DNA of 64,000 bases from Candidatus Eiseniibacteriota bacterium (GCA_031370785.1 JANMQY010000060.1:4826-68825), one strand, 5' to 3'. Counted from the first letter of the stretch, positions 18,836-27,585 are shown. Notes: generated by a model from the letters alone, not told the origin. Numbers and translations are program-made.

Positions 18836-19306
18836 GTAGCCCCTGCCGCATCGCGTTGCCCAGGTTGAACAGCGGCAGGTAGAGCGCGTATAGGATCTGG
18901 GTTCCGCTCGAGCTCAGGATGCCCAGCGTCCGGGCGAACTTCGTGACAGCATACATTCTAATGAGCGGGCCAAAGATCGGTAGGTTGAATTTCGCCCGAT
19001 CGATCGTTCGACGCCCGTTCGGCGTCTGCGCCCAGTACCACAGCGCAGCCCCCGATGATCAGAGCTAAGGCCGTGAAAGGCAAGATATTGTGTACGAGGA
19101 TATCGCTCGTCGCGAGCAGGATCCGCGTGGGCAGCGGCAGCCCGGCATCGCGCACTTCCGTGTGAGCCTGTTCGCTCCACCACTCGCTTCAAGATCGAGT
19201 CGCGTTCCAGGGGTAGGACGCTGCTCATGAACTGACCACCCTGCACACTGTGCGGCGAGAAATGATCACGGGGTCTGCCGCCCGGTCCCGCACTCACGCT
19301 GTCCAC
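18836..19306 (-). pseudogene. pilC (type IV pilus assembly platform, GspF family) remnant: frameshifts and internal deletions
   Basis: Minus-strand pieces in at least two frames match PilC. One is AGLPLPTRILLATSDILVHNILPFTALALIIGG (a PilC TM segment). Another is TIDRAKFNLPIFGPLIRMYAVTKFARTLGILSSSGTQILYAL, fused directly to the extreme C-terminus YLPLFNLGNAMRQGLLGH*. The pieces total far less than a 400-aa PilC, and local GC is lower. Confidence 0.5.
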
Positions 19307-19962
19307 GCGACCCGTAGCTGAAGCATCGAGAATAGGCGGCGTCGGGGGAGAGTGTCAGCGACTCCGGGGAGTGACCGCGGGTTTCACCGGGAACCCAGCG
19401 GTGCCGGCCGTGGTACTACGCCACGTCGAGCCTCATGGAATGAGGGGTGTTCGAGTCCGAAAAACCGCTTGTCATGCGGGTGGGCATCTGGCACCTTGCG
19501 ACGTTCCTGAGCCAATCCTGACCGGGCCGGCTCGGGAAATGACCCATGGAAGGCCTCATTCGAAGCGCTCGCTGCTTCGACTACTGTTCGCCAGGGAAGG
19601 TCGCCCTCGCGTTGCAGTCGGATAGGCGAGCAATGCAGTTTCCAACGCCTCGCTCCGCCCGGTTTCCCCAGCAGTTCTGAAAGCCGCTCCATACCGCTGA
19701 GGCACGTAGTGCCTTGGGCGCGAGTTAGCCGTTTCGTGGTCTCGAAACGAAACGCCTGACTCGTGGGGCATGCTTCGTGCTGTGTCGCATGCGGTTTATC
19801 GCATTGCTCACACAGCTCAGGTGTCCCGAGGACCGTATTTGCGGGCATGAAGTCCGGGTCCTCTCCTTCGGCACCGCACGCTGCATCCGTGCTCAGTCTC
19901 ATGCGGGCTATCTCGAGATCAACAGGGATATCGATCTCGCGGATGGCGGTTGGAGGGGCCTC

Positions 19963-20775
19963 TTGGATCTCCGCCGTTGTGTTTCCTTGCTCTGTCTATC
20001 GATCGGCCTCATGGCCATGGCTTCGGTCTCGAATGCTCAGGTGACGGCAACCAGCGTCAAGCTCACCTGGACCTCCCCGGGAGACGACAGTCTGGTGGGT
20101 ACCGCATCTCAGTTCGACATCCGCTACTCGACATCTCTGATCACCGCGGCGAGCTTCAACTCGGCCACGGCGGTTTCGGGTGTCCCCGCGCCGGCCGCTC
20201 CCGGAACGCTTCAGAACTTCACCGTGACCGGCCTCGCCCCGAGCACCACGTACTGGTTCGCGATGAAGACCGCGGACGATGTGGCCAACTGGTCGGGGAT
20301 GTCGAACGTGGTCTCGAAGACGACGCTGGCCGCGCCGGACGCGACACGTCCCGCCGCGATCGCGCTCAACGTGGCCTCGGTCACCGACACCTCTGCGACG
20401 CTCTCCTGGAACGCGACCGGCGATGACAGCCTGACCGGCACCGCGACCTCCTACGACATTCGCTACTCGGCCTCGCCGATCACGGCGGCAAACTGGACGA
20501 CCGCGACCCAGGTCACCGGCGAGCCCACGCCACTGGTGGCAGGCTCGCTTCAGACTTATGCGGTGCGTGGCCTGAGCCGCCAGAGCACGTACTACTTCGC
20601 GATCAAGGCGATCGACGAAGCGAGCAACGTCTCCGCGATGTCGAACGCGCCTGCTGCGACCACCACCGACACGCTGTCGCCGAGGGCGATCGCGGATCTG
20701 GCGGTGAGCTTCATCTGGTTCGGCTGGCACACTGGCACTTCGCGGCCCGCTCATGATCTCGTGGCGGCACGGTGA
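19963..20775 (+). CDS. secreted protein with two fibronectin type III-like repeats
   Basis: A TTG at 19963 follows GGAGGGG. The signal peptide MDLRRCVSLLCLSIGLMAMASVSNA|QV precedes two repeats of the form KLTWTSPGDDSLVGTASQFDIRYS... and TLSWNATGDDSLTGTATSYDIRYS... The upstream part of the track ORF is unlikely to be translated. Confidence 0.6.
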   Translation: MDLRRCVSLLCLSIGLMAMASVSNAQVTATSVKLTWTSPGDDSLVGTASQFDIRYSTSLITAASFNSATAVSGVPAPAAPGTLQNFTVTGLAPSTTYWFAMKTADDVANWSGMSNVVSKTTLAAPDATRPAAIALNVASVTDTSATLSWNATGDDSLTGTATSYDIRYSASPITAANWTTATQVTGEPTPLVAGSLQTYAVRGLSRQSTYYFAIKAIDEASNVSAMSNAPAATTTDTLSPRAIADLAVSFIWFGWHTGTSRPAHDLVAAR

Positions 20776-21782
20776 CCGGGCTCTTCATTCGGCCGACCCG
20801 ACGCCCGCAGCGCGGCAATCGCTGGCGGCGCGTGCTCCTGATCCTCGCCGGGCTCGCGCTGCTCGCGGCCGCGCCGCTCCTGGCCCACGCGCAGGCGGGT
20901 CCCGACTCCGTGCGGCTGGCGTGGACCGCTCCCGGTGATGATGGATCGATCGGAACCGCGAGCGCCTACGAGATGCGCATGGACACCGCGCCGATCGACA
21001 CCTCGACGTGGGCCAGCGCGACCGTGGTCGGCGGCGGCCCGGCACCGACTCTCGCCGGCACGCGTCAGACCTGGATGGTGCGTGGTCTCGACCGTTCGAT
21101 CATCTACTACTTCGCGATCCGTGCGGTCGATGACGTCGGCAACTGGGCGAGCCTCTCGAACGTTCTTCGCTGGGACTGGATCACCGACACCGCCCCTCCC
21201 TCCGCGCCGGGCGGCATCACCGCCCAGCGTCAGAGCGCGAGCGTGCACGTGCACTGGTCGGCCAACACCGAGCCCGATCTGCTGGGCTACACCGTGTTCC
21301 GCGCGACCAGCGCCTCGGGACCCTTCAGCGCCCTGAACGGCACCCTGCTCGGCACCAACGACTACGTCGACTCGAATCTGCCCGCCGACAACGGAGCGCT
21401 CTGGTACCAGGTGAGCGCGACCGATGAGACCGGCAACCAGAGTGCGCGCAGCGCAAGCGCGACTGCGGCCGCCCCGGCCGGCTCCACGCCTTCCGAGTGG
21501 TCGAGCGAGCCCGGCTATCCGAATCCCAGCGGCGGAACATCGCCGGTGACCATCGCCGTGATCGTGCCTGCCTCGGGCGGCGCAGGCGGGACGATCGACA
21601 TCACCGACAGCGCGCAGCATCGCATCCGCCGCATCGACCTCTCGGGTCTCTCGCCCGGCCGCCAGCTCGTGGTCTGGGACGGGCGCAACGATGCGGGTCG
21701 ACTCGTCGCGCCCGGCACATTCACCGCCTGGGTCATCGCCGGCAGCGTGCGCAGCAGCGTGCGCCTGGTCCGCGTGCCATGA
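20772..21782 (+). CDS. secreted FN3-repeat protein with C-terminal FlgD-Ig-like (T9SS-type) sorting domain
   Basis: Its GTG overlaps the previous stop (GTGA). The signal peptide runs to ...LAGLALLAAAPLLAHA. It has the repeat RLAWTAPGDDGSIGTASAYEMRM..., and the C-terminus ...PNPSGGTSPVTIAVIVPASGGAGGTIDITDSAQHRIRRIDLSGLSPGRQLVVWDGRNDAGRLVAPGTFTAWV resembles a FlgD Ig-like / Por C-terminal domain. Confidence 0.65.
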   Translation: MTGLFIRPTRRPQRGNRWRRVLLILAGLALLAAAPLLAHAQAGPDSVRLAWTAPGDDGSIGTASAYEMRMDTAPIDTSTWASATVVGGGPAPTLAGTRQTWMVRGLDRSIIYYFAIRAVDDVGNWASLSNVLRWDWITDTAPPSAPGGITAQRQSASVHVHWSANTEPDLLGYTVFRATSASGPFSALNGTLLGTNDYVDSNLPADNGALWYQVSATDETGNQSARSASATAAAPAGSTPSEWSSEPGYPNPSGGTSPVTIAVIVPASGGAGGTIDITDSAQHRIRRIDLSGLSPGRQLVVWDGRNDAGRLVAPGTFTAWVIAGSVRSSVRLVRVP

Positions 21783-21802
21783 AAAACCAGGGAGTGGGCA
21801 AC

Positions 21803-23566
21803 ATGCGCAATTACACGTGGCTCATCGCGCTCGCGATCGTGATCGCGGCGCGAGCTGAAGCCGGAGTCGAGAAGGCCGGCACCACCGCCGCGAATTTCCT
21901 CTCGGTGGGTTCTGGCGCGGGCATTCTCGGCATGGGCGGCGCCACGCTCGGCGCGAGCGGCGACCTGAGCATGATCAACTGGAACGTCGCTTCGCTCGGA
22001 AGCCTGAACGAGACGCAATACGTGATCTCGCACGCCGGCCTCAGCGGAAACAGCGCGCAGGAATGGGCCGCGGTCGGCGGGCGCTTCCGCCATTCGGCGA
22101 CCCGCTGGTCGCTGTCGGGCCTGTACCAGGACGACGGCGTCTTCGAAGGCCGCGACGCCACCGGCGTCTCGACCGGCACCTTCAACGTTTCCAGCATGGC
22201 TTTCGGCGGACATCTCGCCCAGGCGTTCGGCGACTACGTCACGCTCGGATTCGGCGCCAAGTTCGTGAGTGAGAACCTCGGCACCGTGAGCGGCTGGGGC
22301 GGCACCTACGATGCCGGCATCCAGGTGCATACCGGCGCGTTCGGCTTCGGTCTCGCCGCGCAGAACCTGGGTGGACGGATGATGTATGGCAACGCGATCT
22401 ACCCGGTGCCGACCAACATCGGCGCGGGCTTCGCATACCAGATCCCCGCGAGCGGACTGCGCTTCGCGCTCGACGCGAATTTCCCGTCGGCGTACTACAG
22501 CGACGTGCGTGCGGGCGTGGAGTGGATGTACAAGGAACGGCTCGCGCTGCGCACTGGATATCGCAAGGAGATGGGCGGAGCCTCGGATGACGCGTTGACC
22601 GGACCCACGTTCGGAATGGGCGCCGGACTGCGCGGCATGTGGTTCGACTATGGGTATCTGGTCGGCGGATCGGCCGGCGAGGGCCAACACCGCATCGGCC
22701 TCTCGTTCCATCCGGGGGCTCTCAACTGGAGCGGCGGCGAGGAACTCGGCATGACGCCGAATGTGAGCGTGCAACCGCCTGCCCCCAAGCCGACCGTGCG
22801 CACCAGCGAAGGAGCTTCATCCGCCACGCCCAAGGCAGAGAGCGCGAAGCCGAACAGCGGAACGCCGGTGAGCACGCCTGTGACGGCGACATCGTCTGCG
22901 ACTCCGAAGGCGAGCACGCCTGGGATCGTGGCCCCGACTGCTGCTCCGAAGGCGACCACGCCTGCGGTCACGGCTCCGACTGCGACCGCTGCTCCGAAGG
23001 CGATGACACCGTCGGCGACGCCGTCCAACACGACGCCAGCAATGCCGTCTAGCCAGACTCCGAAGAGCACGCCGGATGTCGTGGCTCCGAGTGTCGCGCA
23101 GAAGGCGATCGCGACGGGCGATTCCAGGCCCGAGGTCACGAAGTCTGCCGTGTCGGCTGCGCCTTCTCCGAAGATCGAGGCGCCGAAGCCGACGCTGACT
23201 CAGGCGCCGGCGGTCGCAGCGCCGAAGATTGAGACGCCGAAGCTGGCAGCGTCCATCGCGCCGGCTGCCGTCGCGCCGAAGACTGAGACGCCGAAGCCGG
23301 CAGCGCCCATCGCGCCGCCTGTCGAGGCGCCGAAAGCTACGGCGCCGCCCGCCGAAACGCCGAAGGTCGCCACGCCGCCTTCCGCGAGCGAGCCGACACC
23401 GGTCCCGCTCGCGCAGCGCCCGGCCACGATCAAGGTGCGCAAAGGCGACACGCTTGCCTCGATCGGCCGCACGTACGGCCTGAGCTATGCGGCGATCATG
23501 ATGGAGAACAACATGGTCTCCGAAAGCATCAAGCCAGGACAGACCCTGAAGCTGCCGAAGAGATAG
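21803..23566 (+). CDS. PorV/PorQ-like outer-membrane beta-barrel fused to Pro/Ala/Lys/Thr-rich repeat linker and C-terminal LysM domain
   Basis: Signal peptide MRNYTWLIALAIVIAARAEA. The N-terminal 290 aa are Gly/aromatic-rich with AANFLSVGSGAGILGMGGATLGASGD (a PorV/PorQ-like motif). A roughly 220-aa (A/T)PKxxTP repeat region follows, then LysM (IKVRKGDTLASIGRTYGLSYAAIMMENNM...GQTLKLP). An alternative ATG at 21779 overlaps the upstream stop (ATGA). Confidence 0.65.
   Translation: MRNYTWLIALAIVIAARAEAGVEKAGTTAANFLSVGSGAGILGMGGATLGASGDLSMINWNVASLGSLNETQYVISHAGLSGNSAQEWAAVGGRFRHSATRWSLSGLYQDDGVFEGRDATGVSTGTFNVSSMAFGGHLAQAFGDYVTLGFGAKFVSENLGTVSGWGGTYDAGIQVHTGAFGFGLAAQNLGGRMMYGNAIYPVPTNIGAGFAYQIPASGLRFALDANFPSAYYSDVRAGVEWMYKERLALRTGYRKEMGGASDDALTGPTFGMGAGLRGMWFDYGYLVGGSAGEGQHRIGLSFHPGALNWSGGEELGMTPNVSVQPPAPKPTVRTSEGASSATPKAESAKPNSGTPVSTPVTATSSATPKASTPGIVAPTAAPKATTPAVTAPTATAAPKAMTPSATPSNTTPAMPSSQTPKSTPDVVAPSVAQKAIATGDSRPEVTKSAVSAAPSPKIEAPKPTLTQAPAVAAPKIETPKLAASIAPAAVAPKTETPKPAAPIAPPVEAPKATAPPAETPKVATPPSASEPTPVPLAQRPATIKVRKGDTLASIGRTYGLSYAAIMMENNMVSESIKPGQTLKLPKR
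23219..23326 (+). repeat. 2 x 54-nt near-perfect tandem repeat within the PAPK linker coding region
   Basis: Unit 1 is gcgccgaagattgagacgccgaagctggcagcgtccatcgcgccggctgccgtc and unit 2 is gcgccgaagactgagacgccgaagccggcagcgcccatcgcgccgcctgtcgag. Degenerate copies flank them. Coordinates are plus or minus 2 nt. Confidence 0.6.
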
Positions 23567-23595
23567 TCCGGCTCGAACGTCGAACGCCCGGTGCG

Positions 23596-23632
23596 ATTCC
23601 TTGCAGCGGGCGTTTTCGCTTGGGCTGGCGTG
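23596..23632. terminator. possible terminator between convergent genes
   Basis: An 8-bp stem (AACGCCCG / CGGGCGTT) with a 16-nt loop is followed by TTCGCTT. This is weak. Confidence 0.3.
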
Positions 23633-23680
23633 CGCGCTCGAGCGCGAGTGCGCCACCGAGAGCGACCATCAGGATCGGTC

Positions 23681-24781
23681 TCACAGCGGGAAGGCGCCCT
23701 CGAACTTCTGGCCTTCACCCATCGCCACGGCGTAGCGCATCTGCTCCTCGATGTGCTTCGGCATCTCCTTGTAGACGTCGGTGAACAGGGTCTCGATCGC
23801 GGGAGGGGGCAGTGCTTCGGCTTCCTGAATCGCGGTGCCGATCTCGTCGTTCAGCTCCTGCGTCCACTTGACCTCGTCTTCCGGGGTGAGCATCCCCTTC
23901 GAAGTCAGATAGACGCGCAGCCGGTTCATCGGATCCTTGAGCTCCCATTCGCTGACCAGTTCCGCGTCGCGATAACGCGTCGGATCGTCGCTCGACGAGT
24001 GGCCGCCCATGCGAAACGTGACCGCTTCGATCAGCGTCGGGCCCTCGCCGCGCCGCGCGCGCTCAGTGGCCTCGCGCGTTGCCGCAATCACGGCGAAGAT
24101 GTCGTTGCCATCCACGCGCACGCCGGGGAAGCCGTAGGCGGTCGCCTTGATCGCGATGCTGCTCGAGGCGGTCTGCTGCGAGAGCGGCACCGAGATCGCC
24201 CACTGATTGTTCTGGCAGAAGAACACGACCGGCAGTTGAAACACGCCGGCGAAGTTGGCGGCGGCGTGAAAGTCTGCCGATGAGGAGGCGCCATCCCCGA
24301 GGTAGCCGACCATCACGTCCGAAGTCTTCTTGAGCTTTGCGGCCCATGCCGCGCCCATCGCGTGCACCAGTTGCGTTCCGATCACCGACGACCACGCCAC
24401 CGAGCGCACCTTCACGTCGCTGAAGTGGCATGGCATCTGGCGTCCGATGAGCACATCCCCGCTGTTGCCGATCAACTGGCAGACGATCTCCTTGATCGAA
24501 GTGCCGCGCCACAGCGAGACGCCCATCTCGCGCAGCGCGGGGAATACCCAGTCGGTGTCGCGAATGCCGTAGGCCGAGCCGGTGACCGCGGCCTCCTGCC
24601 CGGCCGCGGTGCCGTAGAAGCCGATGCGTCCCTGGCGCTGCAGCGACAGCATGCGCTGGTCGAGCACGCGCATCTTGAGGATGTGGCGGAACAGGCGGCG
24701 CAGGTTGTCGCGCGAGACCTCGGGCAATGTGCCCACCGGCTTGCCCTCAGCATCGAGCAGCTGAAGCAGCGTCTCGCTCAT
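23681..24781 (-). CDS. 2-oxoacid dehydrogenase E1 component alpha subunit (TPP-dependent; BCKDH/PDH-type)
   Basis: Start MSETLLQ... with GGGAGA upstream. The TPP motif is GDGASSSADFHAAANFAGVFQLPVVFFCQNNQWAIS. Its ATG overlaps the E2 stop (ATGA). Confidence 0.85.
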   Translation of the reverse strand: MSETLLQLLDAEGKPVGTLPEVSRDNLRRLFRHILKMRVLDQRMLSLQRQGRIGFYGTAAGQEAAVTGSAYGIRDTDWVFPALREMGVSLWRGTSIKEIVCQLIGNSGDVLIGRQMPCHFSDVKVRSVAWSSVIGTQLVHAMGAAWAAKLKKTSDVMVGYLGDGASSSADFHAAANFAGVFQLPVVFFCQNNQWAISVPLSQQTASSSIAIKATAYGFPGVRVDGNDIFAVIAATREATERARRGEGPTLIEAVTFRMGGHSSSDDPTRYRDAELVSEWELKDPMNRLRVYLTSKGMLTPEDEVKWTQELNDEIGTAIQEAEALPPPAIETLFTDVYKEMPKHIEEQMRYAVAMGEGQKFEGAFPL

Positions 24782-26142
24782 GTGAGATCTCCCACCGTGA
24801 GCCACGAGGATGGATTCTCGAGCCGCGCGATCAGTGCGTAGAGGAAGTCGGCGCCCACCGCGCCATCCACCACCCGGTGATCGAGCGAGAGCGACAGGTT
24901 CGTCATGTCACGCGCCACCACCTGGCCATGCACCACCGCCGGCTTCTTCTTCACCTCGTGCACGCCGAGGATCGCGACCTGCGGATGGTGCAGGATCGGA
25001 GTGGCCAGCAGTCCGCCGTGCGCGCCGGTGCTGGTGACGGTGAACGTCCCGCCCTGCAGCTCATCCAGCTTCAGCTTGTGCTCCCGCGCCGCCTTCGCGA
25101 GGCGCTCAATCTCTCTCGCCAGCGCGAACAGTCCGAGCCGGTCCACCTCGTGCACGATCGGCACGGTGAGTCCATCGTCGGTGTTGGTGGCCAGCCCGAG
25201 GTGGTAGTCGCGCTTGATCACGACCTCCTGGGTCGCATCGTCGAGCGAGGCGTTGAGCAGGGGGAACTGTCGCAACGGTTCGATCAGCGCGCGGAAGACG
25301 TAGGCAATGTAGGTGAGCCGCACCCCCTCCGCCTCGGCTTTCGCCCGCTGGGCCGCACGGTGCTCGACGATCACGCTCATGTCGCACTCCGCGACGAATG
25401 TGAACTGCGCCGCCGTCGAGAGCGAGCGCCGCATGTGCTCCGCAATCTTCCGCCGAAGCCCCCGAAGCGGCACACGCTCCTCGTTTCCCGCGCGCGAGGG
25501 AGAGGTCGTCGGCGCCGCGGCAGGGACTGGAGGTGCCGCGGGGGCGGAATCAGCAACGGAAGAGGCCAGAGAGGGAGTGACAGAGGATGAAGGCGAGGGA
25601 GCCGCGACCACGCCGCCCGCCGCGCTGCGCTTCACGTCCTCAGCAACGATCCGACCGCCAGGCCCCGTGCCAGCAACTCGCTCCAGAGCGACCCCGAGTT
25701 CTCGCGCCAACGCACGAACCGCCGGAGTGGCCTGGATTCCCGCGGCGGTCCCCTGATCCAACGTGGCGGGGGCGGGGTGGCCGATGGCGAGTGGGGGTGG
25801 AGCGCGGGAGGCCGGCTGGGGGGGGTGGGGAGCGACGGGGACCCGCGAGTCATCGGGTAACCCGCCCCCGCCGACCGTGTGACTAGGGGCCTTTTCGGTT
25901 TCCCCTGCCACCGCAATCGTGATGAGCAAGGATCCGACCGGCACCATCGCGCCCTCCGCCGCGTGCAGCACCGAAACCGTCCCGGTTCGTGGCGATGGAA
26001 TCTCGACGCTGGCCTTGTCGGTCATCACTTCGACCAGCGGCTGATCTTCCTTCACCGAGTCGCCGGCCTTCACCAGCCAGCGCACGATCTCGCCTTCGGC
26101 GATTCCCTCGCCGATGTCCGGCAGCTTCACGTCGTAGGGCAT
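24778..26142 (-). CDS. dihydrolipoamide acyltransferase E2 component
   Basis: Lipoyl domain (VEVMTDKASVEIPSP), a Pro/Ala linker, the E3/E1-binding domain (TPAVRALARELGVALERVAGTGPGGRI) and the catalytic DHRVVDGAVGADFL. Confidence 0.85.
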   Translation of the reverse strand: MPYDVKLPDIGEGIAEGEIVRWLVKAGDSVKEDQPLVEVMTDKASVEIPSPRTGTVSVLHAAEGAMVPVGSLLITIAVAGETEKAPSHTVGGGGLPDDSRVPVAPHPPQPASRAPPPLAIGHPAPATLDQGTAAGIQATPAVRALARELGVALERVAGTGPGGRIVAEDVKRSAAGGVVAAPSPSSSVTPSLASSVADSAPAAPPVPAAAPTTSPSRAGNEERVPLRGLRRKIAEHMRRSLSTAAQFTFVAECDMSVIVEHRAAQRAKAEAEGVRLTYIAYVFRALIEPLRQFPLLNASLDDATQEVVIKRDYHLGLATNTDDGLTVPIVHEVDRLGLFALAREIERLAKAAREHKLKLDELQGGTFTVTSTGAHGGLLATPILHHPQVAILGVHEVKKKPAVVHGQVVARDMTNLSLSLDHRVVDGAVGADFLYALIARLENPSSWLTVGDLT

Positions 26143-26164
26143 GGAGCGGCGCTCCTCCTCGGTC

Positions 26165-26467
26165 TCATTCTACGAAATCAAAACGGCCGATCTCGTTCTC
26201 CCGCTCGATCAGCCGGTGACCCCGTTTGTGAAGTGCGGCGTACTCGATCGCGCGCACCCGCTTGAACTCCTCGTATAGCGTCTCGCTGGTCCAGCGGTCG
26301 GCAATGAGGAAATGGTGTGGATCGCGCAGGTCCTTCATCAGCGTGATGCTCACGAACCCGGGCGCCTCCCGGAACAGCACGCCCCAGGCGCCATCGGGAC
26401 GGTACACCTCCTCGAAGTTGTCGATCATGTCGGCCTTCACCGTGTACTCCCACACGATCACGAGCAT
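26165..26467 (-). CDS. ABM (antibiotic biosynthesis monooxygenase-like) domain small protein
   Basis: The 100-aa product is MLVIVWEYTVKADMIDNFEEVYRPDGAWGVLFREAPGFVSITLMKDLRDPHHFLIADRWTSETLYEEFKR.... GGGGG lies upstream, 8 nt after the E1beta stop. The rest of the 448-aa track ORF is an antisense shadow of E1beta. Confidence 0.55.
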   Translation of the reverse strand: MLVIVWEYTVKADMIDNFEEVYRPDGAWGVLFREAPGFVSITLMKDLRDPHHFLIADRWTSETLYEEFKRVRAIEYAALHKRGHRLIERENEIGRFDFVE

Positions 26468-26475
26468 TGCGCCCC

Positions 26476-27450
26476 CTAGTACTGCATCACGTGCTCGATC
26501 GCGCGCAGCACGCGCGGTGCGTCGGGCAGGTAGCTGTGCTCGAGCGTGTACGGAAACGGCGTGTCGTAGCCGGTCACGCGAAGGATCGGCGCCTGCAGGG
26601 AAGTGAGTGCCTTCTCGGCGATGATCGCGCTCAGCTCGGCGCCGTAGCCACAGGTGCGCGGCGCTTCGTGCACAATCACCACCCGGCCGGTCCGGCGTAC
26701 GCTGGTCAGCACGGCGTCCTGATCGAGCGGTACGAGTGTGCGCAGGTCCATGACCTCGACCGACCAGCCGCGCTCCGCTGCCTGGGTCGCGGCCTCGAGC
26801 GAGACCGGCACCATCGCGCCGTAGGCGAGCACCGTGACCTGATCGCCTGCACGTGCGATCCGCGCCCGGGCGAGCGGCGTGGTGAAGCGGCCCTCGGCCA
26901 CTTCCTCCTTGATCGTGCGATAGAGGCGCTTGGGTTCGAGGAAGATGACCGGGTCCTCGCCCTCGAGTGCGGCGAGCAGCAGGCCCTTTGCGTCCGATGG
27001 GGTCGAGGGGATGACCACCTTGAGTCCGGCCGTGTGGCAGAAATAGGCCTCGGGACTCTGGCTGTGGTAGAGGCCGCCCTTGATCCCGCCGCCGTAAGGC
27101 GCGCGCACGATGACCGGGCACGCGTACTGCCCGGCCGATCTCCAGCGCAGCTTGGCCAGCTCCGATACGATCTGGTCGAACGCGGAGTAGATGAAGTCCA
27201 CGAACTGGATCTCGGCGATCGGGCGCATGCCGTAGAGCGCCATGCCGATCGCGCCGCCCACGATGCCGTTCTCCGCCAGCGGCGTGTCGCTCACCCGCTC
27301 GGGCCCGAACTCCGCCTGAAGGCCCTCGGTGACCCGGAACACCCCTCCGTTCCTGCCGACGTCCTCGCCGAGCACGACCACGCGCGGATCCTCGCGCAGC
27401 GCGACGCGCATCGCGTCCTGGATGGCCTGCACCATGGTCATCTGGGGCAT
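26476..27450 (-). CDS. 2-oxoacid dehydrogenase E1 component beta subunit
   Basis: MPQMTMVQAIQDAMRVALREDPRVVVLGEDVG...EIQFVDFIYSAFDQI is a canonical transketolase-like E1beta. Confidence 0.85.
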   Translation of the reverse strand: MPQMTMVQAIQDAMRVALREDPRVVVLGEDVGRNGGVFRVTEGLQAEFGPERVSDTPLAENGIVGGAIGMALYGMRPIAEIQFVDFIYSAFDQIVSELAKLRWRSAGQYACPVIVRAPYGGGIKGGLYHSQSPEAYFCHTAGLKVVIPSTPSDAKGLLLAALEGEDPVIFLEPKRLYRTIKEEVAEGRFTTPLARARIARAGDQVTVLAYGAMVPVSLEAATQAAERGWSVEVMDLRTLVPLDQDAVLTSVRRTGRVVIVHEAPRTCGYGAELSAIIAEKALTSLQAPILRVTGYDTPFPYTLEHSYLPDAPRVLRAIEHVMQY

Positions 27451-27585
27451 GAGACGTCTCCAGGTGGGAAAGAGGAGTGCGCAGATTAGCCGAAGGCCAG
27501 TGGGCGGGCAATGGACGCAGCCCGGGCCCCGCGTGCGCTCAGCCCCGCGAGGACACGAGGGGCGGGGTCGCGGGCCCGGCCGAAA

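Noticed and set aside
19425-19470. tRNA-like fragment (ggggtgTTCGAGTCCgaaaa with a CCTCAT-ggaa-ATGAGG hairpin)
   Set aside because: It could not be folded into a cloverleaf. The T-stem complementarity is absent and there is no acceptor stem.
19384-19902. 172-aa minus ORF with CEQCDKPH...HEAC and a nearby hairpin (CGTTTCG-N6-CGAAACG, about 19735-19755)
   Set aside because: There is no convincing family match, the region has lower GC and poor codon texture, and there is no SD. It probably lies in the decayed DNA next to the pilC remnant. It is flagged only as part of that finding.
26165-27511. 448-aa track ORF
   Set aside because: Only the last 100 aa (the ABM domain) are real. The remainder runs antisense through the E1beta gene.
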